From positions 608,001-672,000 of the forward strand of contig CAXXDQ010000004.1 in assembly GCA_963664325.2 (NCBI GenBank): DNA of 64,000 nt, in the 5' to 3' direction. Position numbers and translations under genes: made by a program. The notes under the pieces are model-generated. The model ran no database searches. It was not told the DNA's origin and saw only the letters and a list, made by a program, of their open reading frames with translations. Shown here piece after piece: positions 36,797-46,375 of the stretch. The stretch is from Desulfomonilia bacterium. Its GTDB lineage: Bacteria; Desulfobacterota; Desulfomonilia; UBA1062. How positions within the stretch are numbered: the first letter of the stretch is position 1; each line of letters begins with the position of its first letter.

Positions 36797-38029
36797 TTAT
36801 AATGACTCCTTAACTGCATTAATAAACTGATTTGCCCTGTTTTCAATATCCTCATCCGTCGAATTCGGGTTTATTCCGAAGGCGGCCCCCAGTCCGCGGT
36901 CGACAACGCCGACAGATAGATTGACAGTGCGCTCCAAAATCCCGTCTGTTTGCGGCAGCATCCCTTTTTCATATTCCTGAAAACAGGGATAGCAATCGCA
37001 CTTATAGGGACATCCATGTTCGGTGGTCATCCTTTTCCCGAGCAAATGCTCCATATTGCCGTAAACATGCCAGCCGCTTTTGGCCACAGTCGCCGTATCA
37101 AGCTTTGACGCGGCTTTTTCGGCAGAAGCGCTATCAGGGAAAAGAACGGTCAGAATCGTGCAGCATTCTCCGTCAGCATCGTTAATCCTGCGAAATGTTA
37201 TGCCAGGGGCATGGTTTATATGTGCCCTGAATCTGTTTTTCAGATATTTAAGCCGTTCAATGATAGCATCTATTTTCCTGAACTGGGCGATCAGGACAGC
37301 ACCGGTCAGTTCGTTCATCCGGTAATTCTGGCCGATTATTGAACGGTTGCCGACTTCGACTCCTGCTCGGCTGGGGAAATGTCCCTGATCATGGTATCCG
37401 AAAGCCCTGAAATAGAGCTCGTCGTCATCCGTCACCACCATGCCGCCGTCACCTGAATTGATTGTTTTGAAGATGTTGAAAGAGTATATGCCCATTCTGC
37501 CTATAGTCCCTGTAGCTCTTCCTTTGTATGACGCGCCGAATGACTGGGCGGCGTCTTCCAGCAGGTGAAGTCTGTGCTTTTCTGCGATTGATTCGAGCTT
37601 CTCCATATTGCAGGGATTGCCCAGCATGTGTACGGCGATTATTGCCTTTGTGCGCCGGGTTATCTTTTTTTCCACGTCGTCCGGGTCAAGTGTGAGGCTG
37701 TCGTCAATTTCTGCAAGAACAGGTACTGCCCGGGCAGCAATTACCGATGAGATTGATGCGATGAAGGTATATCCGGGCACTATCACCTCGTCACCGGGTC
37801 CAATGCCCAGTGCCGATAGCGAGGTTATAAGGGCTGCAGTTCCCGAACTGACGGCAAGGGCATGTCTGACTTTGAATTTTTGTTCAACCATTTCTTCAAG
37901 AGTTTTTACCTTGCGCCTGAAGGCGGGATTTTTTTCATCGCCGTACCTGAAAAACCAATGGCTTTTAAGCACATCCAAAACTTCGGCTTCCTCTTCTTTT
38001 CCGATCCATTCAAATCCCGGTCCTGGCAT
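36797..38029 (-). CDS. DegT/DnrJ/EryC1/StrS sugar aminotransferase (KdnA-like N-terminus)
   Basis: SSGTAAL, GDEVIVPGYTF, EDAAQ, SFNIFKTINSGDGG (PLP lysine), GQNYRM. Confidence 0.92.
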   Translation of the reverse strand: MPGPGFEWIGKEEEAEVLDVLKSHWFFRYGDEKNPAFRRKVKTLEEMVEQKFKVRHALAVSSGTAALITSLSALGIGPGDEVIVPGYTFIASISSVIAARAVPVLAEIDDSLTLDPDDVEKKITRRTKAIIAVHMLGNPCNMEKLESIAEKHRLHLLEDAAQSFGASYKGRATGTIGRMGIYSFNIFKTINSGDGGMVVTDDDELYFRAFGYHDQGHFPSRAGVEVGNRSIIGQNYRMNELTGAVLIAQFRKIDAIIERLKYLKNRFRAHINHAPGITFRRINDADGECCTILTVLFPDSASAEKAASKLDTATVAKSGWHVYGNMEHLLGKRMTTEHGCPYKCDCYPCFQEYEKGMLPQTDGILERTVNLSVGVVDRGLGAAFGINPNSTDEDIENRANQFINAVKESL

Positions 38030-38186
38030 ATTGAAAACTCCCAATAAATAAAATATCAACACTAAATACCCTTAAAAAGATAGCAGGTCAAGGCAAATAA
38101 TATAAAAATGGAATAAAATATAATATCAAATAATGGCAATAAGTAGTAGTTAAAATATTATTTAATGTTTACTCTTTGAATATTTT

Positions 38187-39428
38187 ATGTCATTACCGCA
38201 TTTAAATATGAAATTAAATAATCAGGAAACCAAAGTTCTCAATGCCGTATGTTTTTTACAAGAGCCTACAAGAACGGCAATAGCCGTACATGCCGGAATA
38301 AGTACGGTATCGGCAGCGGCCATACTCGAAAAGCTTAGCAGGGAAGGCATCATTAAAACCGCAGGAACTGTCAAAGGCCAGGGCGGAAGGCCTTCGGTTC
38401 TTTATTCATTGAATGAATCCCTTGGCTATTCTGTCGGAGTTTCGATTAACGAGGGTGTTTCCAGGATAGCATCAACAGATATGGCCGGCAACGTTGTTGA
38501 CGAACATAAATTTATCATAACCCTGTCGGAGAAAAACTCTGAACATGTTTCCGAAATTGTCAGGCAAACTGCACAGGAATTAAAAAATTTTCTTAAGAAA
38601 AAAGGGAACAGGCAGTCACGGATGATGGGATTGTGCGTTGCGCTGCCTGGTATGGTCGATTCAAAAAAGGGAGTATGGCTCCACGGTCTGCAGGTTTCCG
38701 GCATTGAACACATTCCATTGGGCGACATGCTTGAAAAAAAGATCGGTTTTCCTGTCATGATCGAAGACAAGTCCAGGTGTCTAGCCTTTTATGAGATGTC
38801 AAAGCCCGGAAATGTTAAAACAGATGATTCCGCATTTTTGTATCTGGGCGAAGGCATAGGTACAGGGCTGACTTTCGACGGAGAGCTTTATTATGGGGCA
38901 AGAGGCCTTGCCGGCGAGATCGGCCATCTGACTGCGGAACAGGACGGCTCAAGATGCGTTTGCGGGAATACCGGATGTCTGGAAACCATTTTATCCGCCT
39001 CCGCGATAATCAAAAGGTTCAGAAAAAGGCTGGAAGAGGGGGTTAAATCAAGTCTACAGCTGATTGATACCGGCGGCCTGGACCTTGATCATATTCTTGA
39101 GGCGGCAAAGAATAACGACCGTCTCGCTTTAAACACGCTCTTCGAAACCGGGGGGTATGTTGGAGATGCATGCTCAACCATAATACAGATGTTCAATCCT
39201 CAAAGGCTTACCGTGGGCGGACCGGTCGCCGTCCTTTCTGCCTTTTTCAAGGATGCTGCGATGCAGAGGATAAAGCAGCGGGTTATCCCGGAAATGCTGT
39301 GCGGCATGGAGATTGATTTTGCGGTATCTGGAGAATGGGATGAAGCCCTGGGGGCCTGCTTCATAGCTAAAGATAATGCCATCAAGAAAATAGGCACGCT
39401 GCTTGACGGCCTGAACCGGCAGCAGTAA
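38187..39428 (+). CDS. ROK-family transcriptional regulator
   Basis: N-terminal wHTH with GGRP; GIGTG, AGEIGH, CVCGNTGCLE; divergent from the sugar operon. Confidence 0.92.
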   Translation: MSLPHLNMKLNNQETKVLNAVCFLQEPTRTAIAVHAGISTVSAAAILEKLSREGIIKTAGTVKGQGGRPSVLYSLNESLGYSVGVSINEGVSRIASTDMAGNVVDEHKFIITLSEKNSEHVSEIVRQTAQELKNFLKKKGNRQSRMMGLCVALPGMVDSKKGVWLHGLQVSGIEHIPLGDMLEKKIGFPVMIEDKSRCLAFYEMSKPGNVKTDDSAFLYLGEGIGTGLTFDGELYYGARGLAGEIGHLTAEQDGSRCVCGNTGCLETILSASAIIKRFRKRLEEGVKSSLQLIDTGGLDLDHILEAAKNNDRLALNTLFETGGYVGDACSTIIQMFNPQRLTVGGPVAVLSAFFKDAAMQRIKQRVIPEMLCGMEIDFAVSGEWDEALGACFIAKDNAIKKIGTLLDGLNRQQ

Positions 39429-39571
39429 GGCGTTTTCCTTTCACGGTTGCTTATCTTCTCCCGATTGGTTACGAATATCATGGATAAATCCGAAAAGGAT
39501 AATATGATGTCACGGCTATGCGACTTGAAACAGCATCCCGCTTCCTTGGATGCCATGCATAAAAGGGGGAA

Positions 39572-40444
39572 ATGAATATGCAAATTCTCAAGACCATTCC
39601 TGAGATGAAGGAATATGTTTCAAAAATCAAGGCTGAAGGTGGCAAAATAAGCTTTGTACCGACCATGGGCTACCTGCACAAGGGACATCTCGATCTGATG
39701 GTGAAGGCGAAGGAATATTCGCCGCATGTTGTCGTAAGCATATTCGTCAACCCAACACAATTCGCTCCGAATGAAGACCTTGACAAATATCCGCGTGACT
39801 TCGAGCGCGACGAGGAACTGTGCAGGGAGGTGGGAGTAGAGTGCATATTCTATCCTGAGCCGAAAGAAATATACCCTGACGGATATGCCACCTATATAAC
39901 CGTGGAAGGCCTCAGTGAAGGCCTGTGCGGTGTTTCAAGGCCCATCCATTTCAGGGGTGTGGCAACCGTTGTCGCAAAGCTTTTCAATGTCGTCGAGCCG
40001 GATTTTGCCGTATTCGGAGAAAAGGACTACCAGCAGCTTGCGGTAATAAAGCGTATGGTGAAAGACCTCAACATGAGGGTCGTGATTATTGGTTACCCCA
40101 CGGTCAGGGAAAAAGACGGGCTCGCGATGAGTTCACGCAATGCTTACCTCAGTCCTGACGAAAGGAAGACAGCCACTGTCCTCATCCGTTCGCTGAGGCA
40201 TGCGCTGAGCCTTTTCAAAAGCGGGGTTACCGATGCAAAAACCCTCAGGAACGAAGTGGCCTCGATGATAGAGGCCGCACCCGGCTGTATAATCGATTAT
40301 GTGGAAATTGTTGACGGTGTATCGCTTGTCCCTGTCGAAACGGCCACAGAGGGTTCGGTTATGGCCATTGCAGTAAAGCTTGGCAGAACAAGGCTTATCG
40401 ATAATATAAGCTTTTTCCTCGGAGTGTCTGAAGTTGCCCCTTAA
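39572..40444 (+). CDS. panC: Pantoate--beta-alanine ligase
   Basis: VPTMGYLHKGH, SIFVNPTQF, RPIHFRGV, FGEKDYQQ, GLAMSSRN, RLIDN. Confidence 0.97.
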   Translation: MNMQILKTIPEMKEYVSKIKAEGGKISFVPTMGYLHKGHLDLMVKAKEYSPHVVVSIFVNPTQFAPNEDLDKYPRDFERDEELCREVGVECIFYPEPKEIYPDGYATYITVEGLSEGLCGVSRPIHFRGVATVVAKLFNVVEPDFAVFGEKDYQQLAVIKRMVKDLNMRVVIIGYPTVREKDGLAMSSRNAYLSPDERKTATVLIRSLRHALSLFKSGVTDAKTLRNEVASMIEAAPGCIIDYVEIVDGVSLVPVETATEGSVMAIAVKLGRTRLIDNISFFLGVSEVAP

Positions 40445-42282
40445 TGGGGATTTTCGTCCGTTACTTTTTCGAGGACGGTATCCCCCCAACTGTCTGTAAC
40501 CCTTGTCCTGATTTTAAGCAGTGCCCTGATTTTCAATGCTGCCGAGGCCATTATTATGATGATGAGCAGCATTATAAGACCGCAAAGGCCGGCCAGCAGG
40601 TACAGGCCTTTGGGCAGGTAGTTCACGGTTATGCTCAGATAGCCGCTCCACAATGTTATAACCGCCATGGCGGCTCCCGGGATGAGGGTGATCCATATAT
40701 ATTTCAATCTGTCCATGCGAATCAGCATGGTACTGACGATTATAAGAGCGCATGCGGCCAGCAGCTGGTTGCTGATGCCGAATAAGGGCCAGATCGTGGC
40801 GATGGATCCTGTGTAAAGGAGATAGCCCCATAAAAATGAAAAAACCGTTCCGGTTATTATTATCCCCGGTATCCAATGATGGTCGTTAAATTTGGGGATA
40901 AACTTTCCCACCATCTCCTGCAGGAGAAACCTGCCCGCCCTGGTTCCTGCATCGATAAGGGTCAGTATGAAAACAGCCTCAAACATTATGGCGAAGTGGT
41001 ACCAGTACGAAAGGAACTTGTCCATTGAGGGGATCTTTGAGAATACGTAAGACATCCCGACCGCCAGGGAGACAGCCCCGCCGGGCCGGCCCTGGAGCTT
41101 TTCTTCAAGCACGCTGGAAAGCCAGGGGAGATCAAAAGGTTTCATCCCGAGTATGGCGTATTCGCTGGCGGACGAATTTATTGCAAAATAGTCTGCAGGT
41201 ACAAGGACACAGGCCGCAATCAGGGCCATCATTGCGACAAGGCCTTCAAACAGCATGGCACCATATCCGACAAAGAGGATATCCTTTTCGCTTGCGATCA
41301 TCTTGGGCGTGGTTCCCGATGCGATCGTAGCGTGAAAACCCGATATTGCGCCGCATGCAATCGTAATGAATATAAATGGAAAAGCACTGCCCGGAACCAC
41401 TGGACCTCCGCCGTGAACAAAGCCGGTTAAAGGGGGCATCTGCAGCCTGGGCTGCATAAACACGATGCCCACGGCTAGCGCAAAGATCGTGATGATCTTC
41501 AGGAATGTCGAGAGGTAATCCCTGGGTGCAAGCAGCAGCCATACGGGAAGGACCGATGCTGCAAAGGCATAAAAGGGCAGGGCCAGTGAAATCTGTTTTT
41601 TTGTCAATCTGAACATGGAAGCGATAAACGGGATATCGGTGACATTGTTGCCCAGGAACACCGCTGAAAACAGGATTACGACACCGACTATGCTTGCGAT
41701 GACAATACCCCTGTTGCCCGTATTTTTCATTATCAAACCCATGATGATGGCCGCAGGTATGGTTGTGGCTACGACAAACATCCCCCAGGGGCTGTCGGAA
41801 AGGGCATTGGTCATCGCAATTGAGGCCCCGGCGATGGTCAGGATAAGTATCAGGACAAATGCGATTGAGGCGACGGAACCGGCAGTCCTGCCGATTTCAT
41901 TCCTGGCTATGACCGCCAGGCTTTCACCCCTGTGCCTTATCGAGGCAAAGAGCACAACTATATCGTGCACCGATCCTGCAAGAACCGCCCCGATCAGAAT
42001 CCATAGCGCACCGGGCAGAAACCCGAACTGGGCTGCCAGGACCGGTCCCATCAGAGGGCCTGCACCTGCTATTGCAGCGAAATGGTGCCCGAAAAGAACA
42101 AAGCGGTTTGTCTTATGATAATCGATACCATCGGCCATGCTTTCTGACGGTGACCTTCGCGACGGATCGACTTTTAAAACTCTTGAGGCAATAAACAATC
42201 CGTAATACCTGTATGCAAGGGCAAAGACACACAGGGCAACGAACACAAGCACTGCTGAATTTAGACCGGTCAGATACTCCAT
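40441..42282 (-). CDS. cstA: Carbon starvation protein A (peptide/pyruvate transporter)
   Basis: LFGHHFAAIAGAGPLMGP, LPVWLLLAPRDYLS, IACGAISGFH, IWPLFGISNQLLA. Confidence 0.95.
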   Translation of the reverse strand: MEYLTGLNSAVLVFVALCVFALAYRYYGLFIASRVLKVDPSRRSPSESMADGIDYHKTNRFVLFGHHFAAIAGAGPLMGPVLAAQFGFLPGALWILIGAVLAGSVHDIVVLFASIRHRGESLAVIARNEIGRTAGSVASIAFVLILILTIAGASIAMTNALSDSPWGMFVVATTIPAAIIMGLIMKNTGNRGIVIASIVGVVILFSAVFLGNNVTDIPFIASMFRLTKKQISLALPFYAFAASVLPVWLLLAPRDYLSTFLKIITIFALAVGIVFMQPRLQMPPLTGFVHGGGPVVPGSAFPFIFITIACGAISGFHATIASGTTPKMIASEKDILFVGYGAMLFEGLVAMMALIAACVLVPADYFAINSSASEYAILGMKPFDLPWLSSVLEEKLQGRPGGAVSLAVGMSYVFSKIPSMDKFLSYWYHFAIMFEAVFILTLIDAGTRAGRFLLQEMVGKFIPKFNDHHWIPGIIITGTVFSFLWGYLLYTGSIATIWPLFGISNQLLAACALIIVSTMLIRMDRLKYIWITLIPGAAMAVITLWSGYLSITVNYLPKGLYLLAGLCGLIMLLIIIIMASAALKIRALLKIRTRVTDSWGDTVLEKVTDENPH

Positions 42283-42390
42283 GCTTCAAATCCCCTGGTA
42301 ATGTGATGAAATAGTTATCGGAACCAATACAGTCTTACTTGAGCTGTTAAAAAGATACCTGGCTGATTTTACTCATGTCCCCGCACGCGG

Positions 42391-43512
42391 CTACAAGCCG
42401 CTGAGGAATCCTTTGATGATCTCCGTCAGGTGTCTTGTATCCGTGAGAAAGGCGTCATGCCCGTGGTCGGTTTCGATTTCGGTATATGAGACCCTGACAT
42501 TGAGCGCGGTAAAGAACTTCACGATTTCGCGACCCTGCGACGGCGGGTACAGCCAGTCCGAGGTGAAGGTCACGACAAGGCCTTTCTTTGATCCGAGATC
42601 AAGCACCCGGCCCCTGGCCCTGCCCTCGCCTCGCGTTCGTGTCGGGCCGGAGAGAGATGTTATCAAATCAAAGTTGTCGACCGCGTTCGTTATATAAAGA
42701 TAGCTGTTTGCATCAAAGCGCTTAACAAAGGATATGCCCTGATAATCAAGATAGTGTTCTATCTCAAACGAAGGCCTGAAAACATTTTTAGTGGCAGCGC
42801 CTTTTTTTGAACGGCCGAACTTCTCCTGCATCATCTGCTCGGAAAGGTAGGTGATATGGCCGATCATCCTCGCTACCGAGAGCCCTGCTTCCGGTGAGAT
42901 CTCGCCGTAATAATTGCCTTCGTTCCAGCGGGGGTCCGACATTATAGCGCGCCGGCCGACCTCGTTGAACGCTATCTGCTGGGCCGAATGCTTGAGCGCC
43001 GTGGCGATCGCTATGAAGGAATCGGTCATGCCGGTATAGTCCCCGAAAAGCTGCAAGGCCTGCATGCCGCCCATGGAACCGCCTACCACGCACAGCAGAC
43101 GTTTGATTCCCAGCTGGGACAGCAGGGCCCTCTGAACCTCAACCATATCGCGGATTGATATCACCGGAAAGGCAAGCGCCCATGGTTTGCCTGTTCCGGG
43201 GTTGATCGAGGCGGGGCCGGTCGTTCCCTTGCAGCCGCCTATCACGTTTGCACAGCATATAAAATACCGGTCCGTATCAAAAGCCTTGCCCGGGCCTACC
43301 ATCAAGTCCCACCAGCCGGGCTTGTTTTCACCTTTATGGAAAAATGCGGCATGGGCGTCGCCGGAAAGCGCATGCTCGATAAGTATTGCGTTATCACCAG
43401 CCGGGCTCAAGGTCCCGTAGGTTTCGTACGCTATGTCGATCTCAGGAAGGACAGCCCCTGATTCAAGCGTAAAGGGCCTCTTTAACTGCAATATCTTCGT
43501 TTCAACGATCAT
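42391..43512 (-). CDS. metX: Homoserine O-acetyltransferase
   Basis: HALSGDAH, GWWD, NVIGGCKGTTGP, GGSMGG nucleophile elbow, RFDANSY, HGHDAFL. Confidence 0.95.
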   Translation of the reverse strand: MIVETKILQLKRPFTLESGAVLPEIDIAYETYGTLSPAGDNAILIEHALSGDAHAAFFHKGENKPGWWDLMVGPGKAFDTDRYFICCANVIGGCKGTTGPASINPGTGKPWALAFPVISIRDMVEVQRALLSQLGIKRLLCVVGGSMGGMQALQLFGDYTGMTDSFIAIATALKHSAQQIAFNEVGRRAIMSDPRWNEGNYYGEISPEAGLSVARMIGHITYLSEQMMQEKFGRSKKGAATKNVFRPSFEIEHYLDYQGISFVKRFDANSYLYITNAVDNFDLITSLSGPTRTRGEGRARGRVLDLGSKKGLVVTFTSDWLYPPSQGREIVKFFTALNVRVSYTEIETDHGHDAFLTDTRHLTEIIKGFLSGL

Positions 43513-44108
43513 GCCCGCCTCAGACTGAAAAGCCCGCCCTTGACAAGAAGATCCGGAAAGGGCGGTTTTTTGACGGCAACATGCCCGAACGGCATGAAAT
43601 ATCTTGCGTCCTCGATAACAACCCCCATTTCATGAAGCAGGTCCTCGAACTCGCTCACGGTGAAGAACCTTATGACAGGGCTGTCATGCCACGAGCCGTC
43701 AAACCTTATATCGGTGCTGATCCGGCCTTTTAAAAACATGTGAAGCCTGTTCGCTATATAGCCGAAGTTTGAAACGGAGATAATTGCGTTAAGCCCCACC
43801 CTGAGCATTTCCTCAATTACCCTGTGGGGTTTGTTGATCACCTGGAGGGTTTCGTTGAGTATTACATATTCAAAGCTCATGTCATCAAGGTTTGAAATCC
43901 CTTCGTCGATGTCGTCCTGATAGACGCAGATGCCGTTTTTGAGGCACTCGATGATCTTTTCCTCGGATATTTCAACACCGACGGTATAGGCATTTTTATT
44001 CTCGGCCAGCCTTTTGAGCAGCCTTCCGTCACCGCAGCCCAGGTCCAGGACCCTGGCGCCCGGCCTTATCCATTGCTCGATTATTGAATGGTTGCGGTCT
44101 GTGTCCAT
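43509..44108 (-). CDS. metW: Methionine biosynthesis protein MetW
   Basis: VLDLGCGDG, TLQ, EMLRVG, SNFG; overlaps metX. Confidence 0.9.
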   Translation of the reverse strand: MDTDRNHSIIEQWIRPGARVLDLGCGDGRLLKRLAENKNAYTVGVEISEEKIIECLKNGICVYQDDIDEGISNLDDMSFEYVILNETLQVINKPHRVIEEMLRVGLNAIISVSNFGYIANRLHMFLKGRISTDIRFDGSWHDSPVIRFFTVSEFEDLLHEMGVVIEDARYFMPFGHVAVKKPPFPDLLVKGGLFSLRRA

Positions 44109-44214
44109 CTGTCAGTTTTAATGCGAAAAGGACGTTGTCAGCACCGTCCGTGTTTTTCGGTTGTTCGTAGTGATGCGGTATTTTCAGGTGTACTTTTAAT
44201 TCTACCTGCCGCCA

Positions 44215-44298
44215 TGTTTGGCAGTTTAGCTCGATAGCCGATGAGCAGGATCAATTTCTCCACCCGGCAGAGCAACGGCCACCAGTCTGTCAGCCGTG
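44215..44298. repeat. Octamer-periodic inverted-repeat element, degenerate copy 2
   Basis: GCAGTTTA-GCTCGATA-GCCGATGA-GCAGGATC ... GGCCACCA-GTCTGTCA-GCC. Confidence 0.45.
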
Positions 44299-44302
44299 TT
44301 TT

Positions 44303-44530
44303 CTATACAGACTCCACCGCTTTTACGCCGGGAACATCCTGCTTTACGATTTTTTCAATCATGTTTTTGAGTGTGACCGTGGCCATCGGACAGCCTCCGC
44401 ACGCGCCCTGAAGCTTGACCTTCACAACCCCGTCGTCTGTTACATCGATAAGCTGGACGTCGCCGCCGTCGCCTCTCAGGTATGTCCTTGTCTTATCCAG
44501 CGCCTTTTCAACTTCTTCCTTTGTTACCAT
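44303..44530 (-). CDS. NifU/NfuA-like Fe-S scaffold domain protein
   Basis: LRGDGGDV, LQGACGGCPMA; SD before 44530. Confidence 0.92.
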   Translation of the reverse strand: MVTKEEVEKALDKTRTYLRGDGGDVQLIDVTDDGVVKVKLQGACGGCPMATVTLKNMIEKIVKQDVPGVKAVESV

Positions 44531-44615
44531 AATTTTTCCTCCTGTGCTTTCCATGCTGTTCTCAGCGGTTTATGTGAACTCCGCTTACCAGCACCGGGCT
44601 TTTGCGGTCAAGTGT

Positions 44616-45548
44616 TTATATTCCGTCACCTTCCGAGAAACTGAGTTCTTTAAAGCCGTTCTGCATGATCCTGCTTCCCGGGGGAAGACTGTGTGTGAGC
44701 CATACGTTGCCGCCGATTTCCGAGCCTCTTCCGATTGTGACACGCCCGAGAATCGTCGCCCCTGCATAAATTACAACATCGTCTTCCACGATCGGGTGCC
44801 GCGGGATGCCTTTCATCGGGTTACCCTCGGCGTCCAGCGGGAAGCTTTTCGCTCCGAGTGTTACTCCCTGATAGATGCGCACATTTCTGCCGATCACTGT
44901 CGTCTCACCCATAACCACACCCGTGCCGTGGTCGATAAAGAAATACTCCCCAATGGCCGCGCCGGGATGGATGTCTATGCCCGTCTCGGAGTGCGCCAGT
45001 TCGGTAATGATCCTCGGGATAAGCGGCACTTCGAGCATATAGAGTTCATGGGCAATCCTGTAATTGGTGATGGCCTTGATGCTCGGGTAGCAGTATATTG
45101 TTTCCCCGTGGCTCTTTGCAGCAGGGTCGCCGTCATACGCAGCCTCGACATCTTTTGACAGCAGAGCCCTTATATGGTGCAGCCTTTTTAAAAATTCCGT
45201 GGTCAGATGGCTTGCACGGTCAAGGCATTCCGGTTCACACGGGTCCTTGTCAATGTCACATGAGAAGCAATAGCCTCTTTTTATCTGCTCAAGCAGGTTT
45301 CTTGAAACCACATCCAGGGTTGAACCTACATAATATGGCATGGTCTCGATCGTGAATTCCGATATGCCGAAATAACCCGGGAATAAAACCGACCTCAGGT
45401 TTTCAACTATAGTATTAAGTATCTCAACAGACGGCATCGGTATGTGATGGTTGCTCCTGTGCGACACCACCTTGTAAGATTCGGGCGCGCATAGATCTTC
45501 TACCACCTTGGTTAACGTTTCCTGTATATCAGCGATCTTGTCTTTCAT
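44616..45548 (-). CDS. cysE: Serine O-acetyltransferase (EpsC-type)
   Basis: DGDPAA, YRIAH, GIDIHPGAAIG, FIDHGTGVVMGET, YQGVTLGA, RHP. Confidence 0.93.
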   Translation of the reverse strand: MKDKIADIQETLTKVVEDLCAPESYKVVSHRSNHHIPMPSVEILNTIVENLRSVLFPGYFGISEFTIETMPYYVGSTLDVVSRNLLEQIKRGYCFSCDIDKDPCEPECLDRASHLTTEFLKRLHHIRALLSKDVEAAYDGDPAAKSHGETIYCYPSIKAITNYRIAHELYMLEVPLIPRIITELAHSETGIDIHPGAAIGEYFFIDHGTGVVMGETTVIGRNVRIYQGVTLGAKSFPLDAEGNPMKGIPRHPIVEDDVVIYAGATILGRVTIGRGSEIGGNVWLTHSLPPGSRIMQNGFKELSFSEGDGI

Positions 45549-45657
45549 GGCATATAACTATACCACAAATAAATATTTATTCACTACCGACTTGCTAGAT
45601 TTATTATAAATATTCTTACGGGCGGGAAGCGGGAAGGAATAAAGCAGCACTCTGCAC

Positions 45658-45772
45658 GAGTAAGCAGCTGTCAGGCTGTCGAACTGATGAGCTGTCGGCA
45701 GGTGAGCTGCAAAATTGTAAAACGGAATCAAAATCCGTCCGGCTAATCAGCCTGTCAGGTTAAAGGCTCATC
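45658..45772. repeat. Octamer-periodic inverted-repeat element, copy 3
   Basis: GCTGTCAG-GCTGTCGA-ACTGATGA-GCTGTCG-GCAGGTGA-GCTGC ... TAATCAGC-CTGTCAGG-TTAAAGGC-TCATC. Confidence 0.6.
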
Positions 45773-46226
45773 CCTCCAGCGCCTTAAGCGCAAGAGGTAC
45801 GGTATCCTCGGGCGCGATCTTGTATGATGCGCCAAGAACGATGCCTTTTTCATCAATTAATATTACCGAGCGGATGATCCCGGACACCTCTTTGCCGTAC
45901 ATCATTTTTTTGCCGAATGCCCCGTATGCATTTGCAACAGCCTTGTCCGGGTCTGAAAGCAGGGTGAAGTTGAGGCTGTATTTTTCATCAAAATTCTTAA
46001 GGGTTTCGGGTTTGTCCGGGCTTATGCCGATTGCAGCAATACCCTTTTGCTTCAGCTCGTCAAGAGCGTCCCTGACCGAGACGGCCTGCCTTGTTCACCC
46101 CGATGTGAGCGCCTTGCCATAAAAGTACACAAGGACTTTCTTGCCTGAAAAATCAGTTAGTTTGACAGTTCTTCCGTTCTGATCCAAAAGCGAAAACACC
46201 TGGGCAGAATCACCTTTCTTCAACAA
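45768..46226 (-). CDS. bcp: Selenocysteine-containing BCP/PrxQ peroxiredoxin (152 aa; UGA at 46095-46097); not in ORF track
   Basis: Hand translation MLKKGDSAQVFSLLDQNGRTVKLTDFSGKKVLVYFYGKALTSG-U-TRQA...GISPD...LNFTLLSDPD..VANAYG...IIRSVILIDEKG; AGGAGG 6 nt before TTG; UGA at the peroxidatic Cys position. Confidence 0.88.
46061..46094 (-). promoter_or_regulatory. Bacterial SECIS element
   Basis: UGA-A-CAAGG-CAGGC-CGUCUC-[GGUCA]-GGGACG-C-UCUUG: lower and upper stems, apical loop starting with G at the 18th nt after UGA. Confidence 0.75.
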
Positions 46227-46291
46227 GTATCACCTCCTGTTGTTTCTATATCTGATTTCGTGATTTTTTCAGAATAACATTAGCAAATTCC

Positions 46292-46319
46292 TTGATTCGC
46301 TCATCTTCAGACATATAAT
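46292..46319 (+). promoter_or_regulatory. Putative sigma70 promoter
   Basis: TTGATT-N16-TATAAT upstream of the 46376 gene. Confidence 0.5.
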
Positions 46320-46375
46320 CTTTATTAAAGAACTTTGTTTCTTGTTACCTGATATTTGAGAAGGGGGGTTGTTTG

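Noticed and set aside
44109-44215. SAM riboswitch upstream of metW-metX
   Set aside because: Only scattered fragments (AACC, GGTGCT); the SAM-I core could not be assembled.
45820-46122. 100-aa plus-strand ORF from the track
   Set aside because: It is antisense to the Sec-containing bcp gene, which explains the region.
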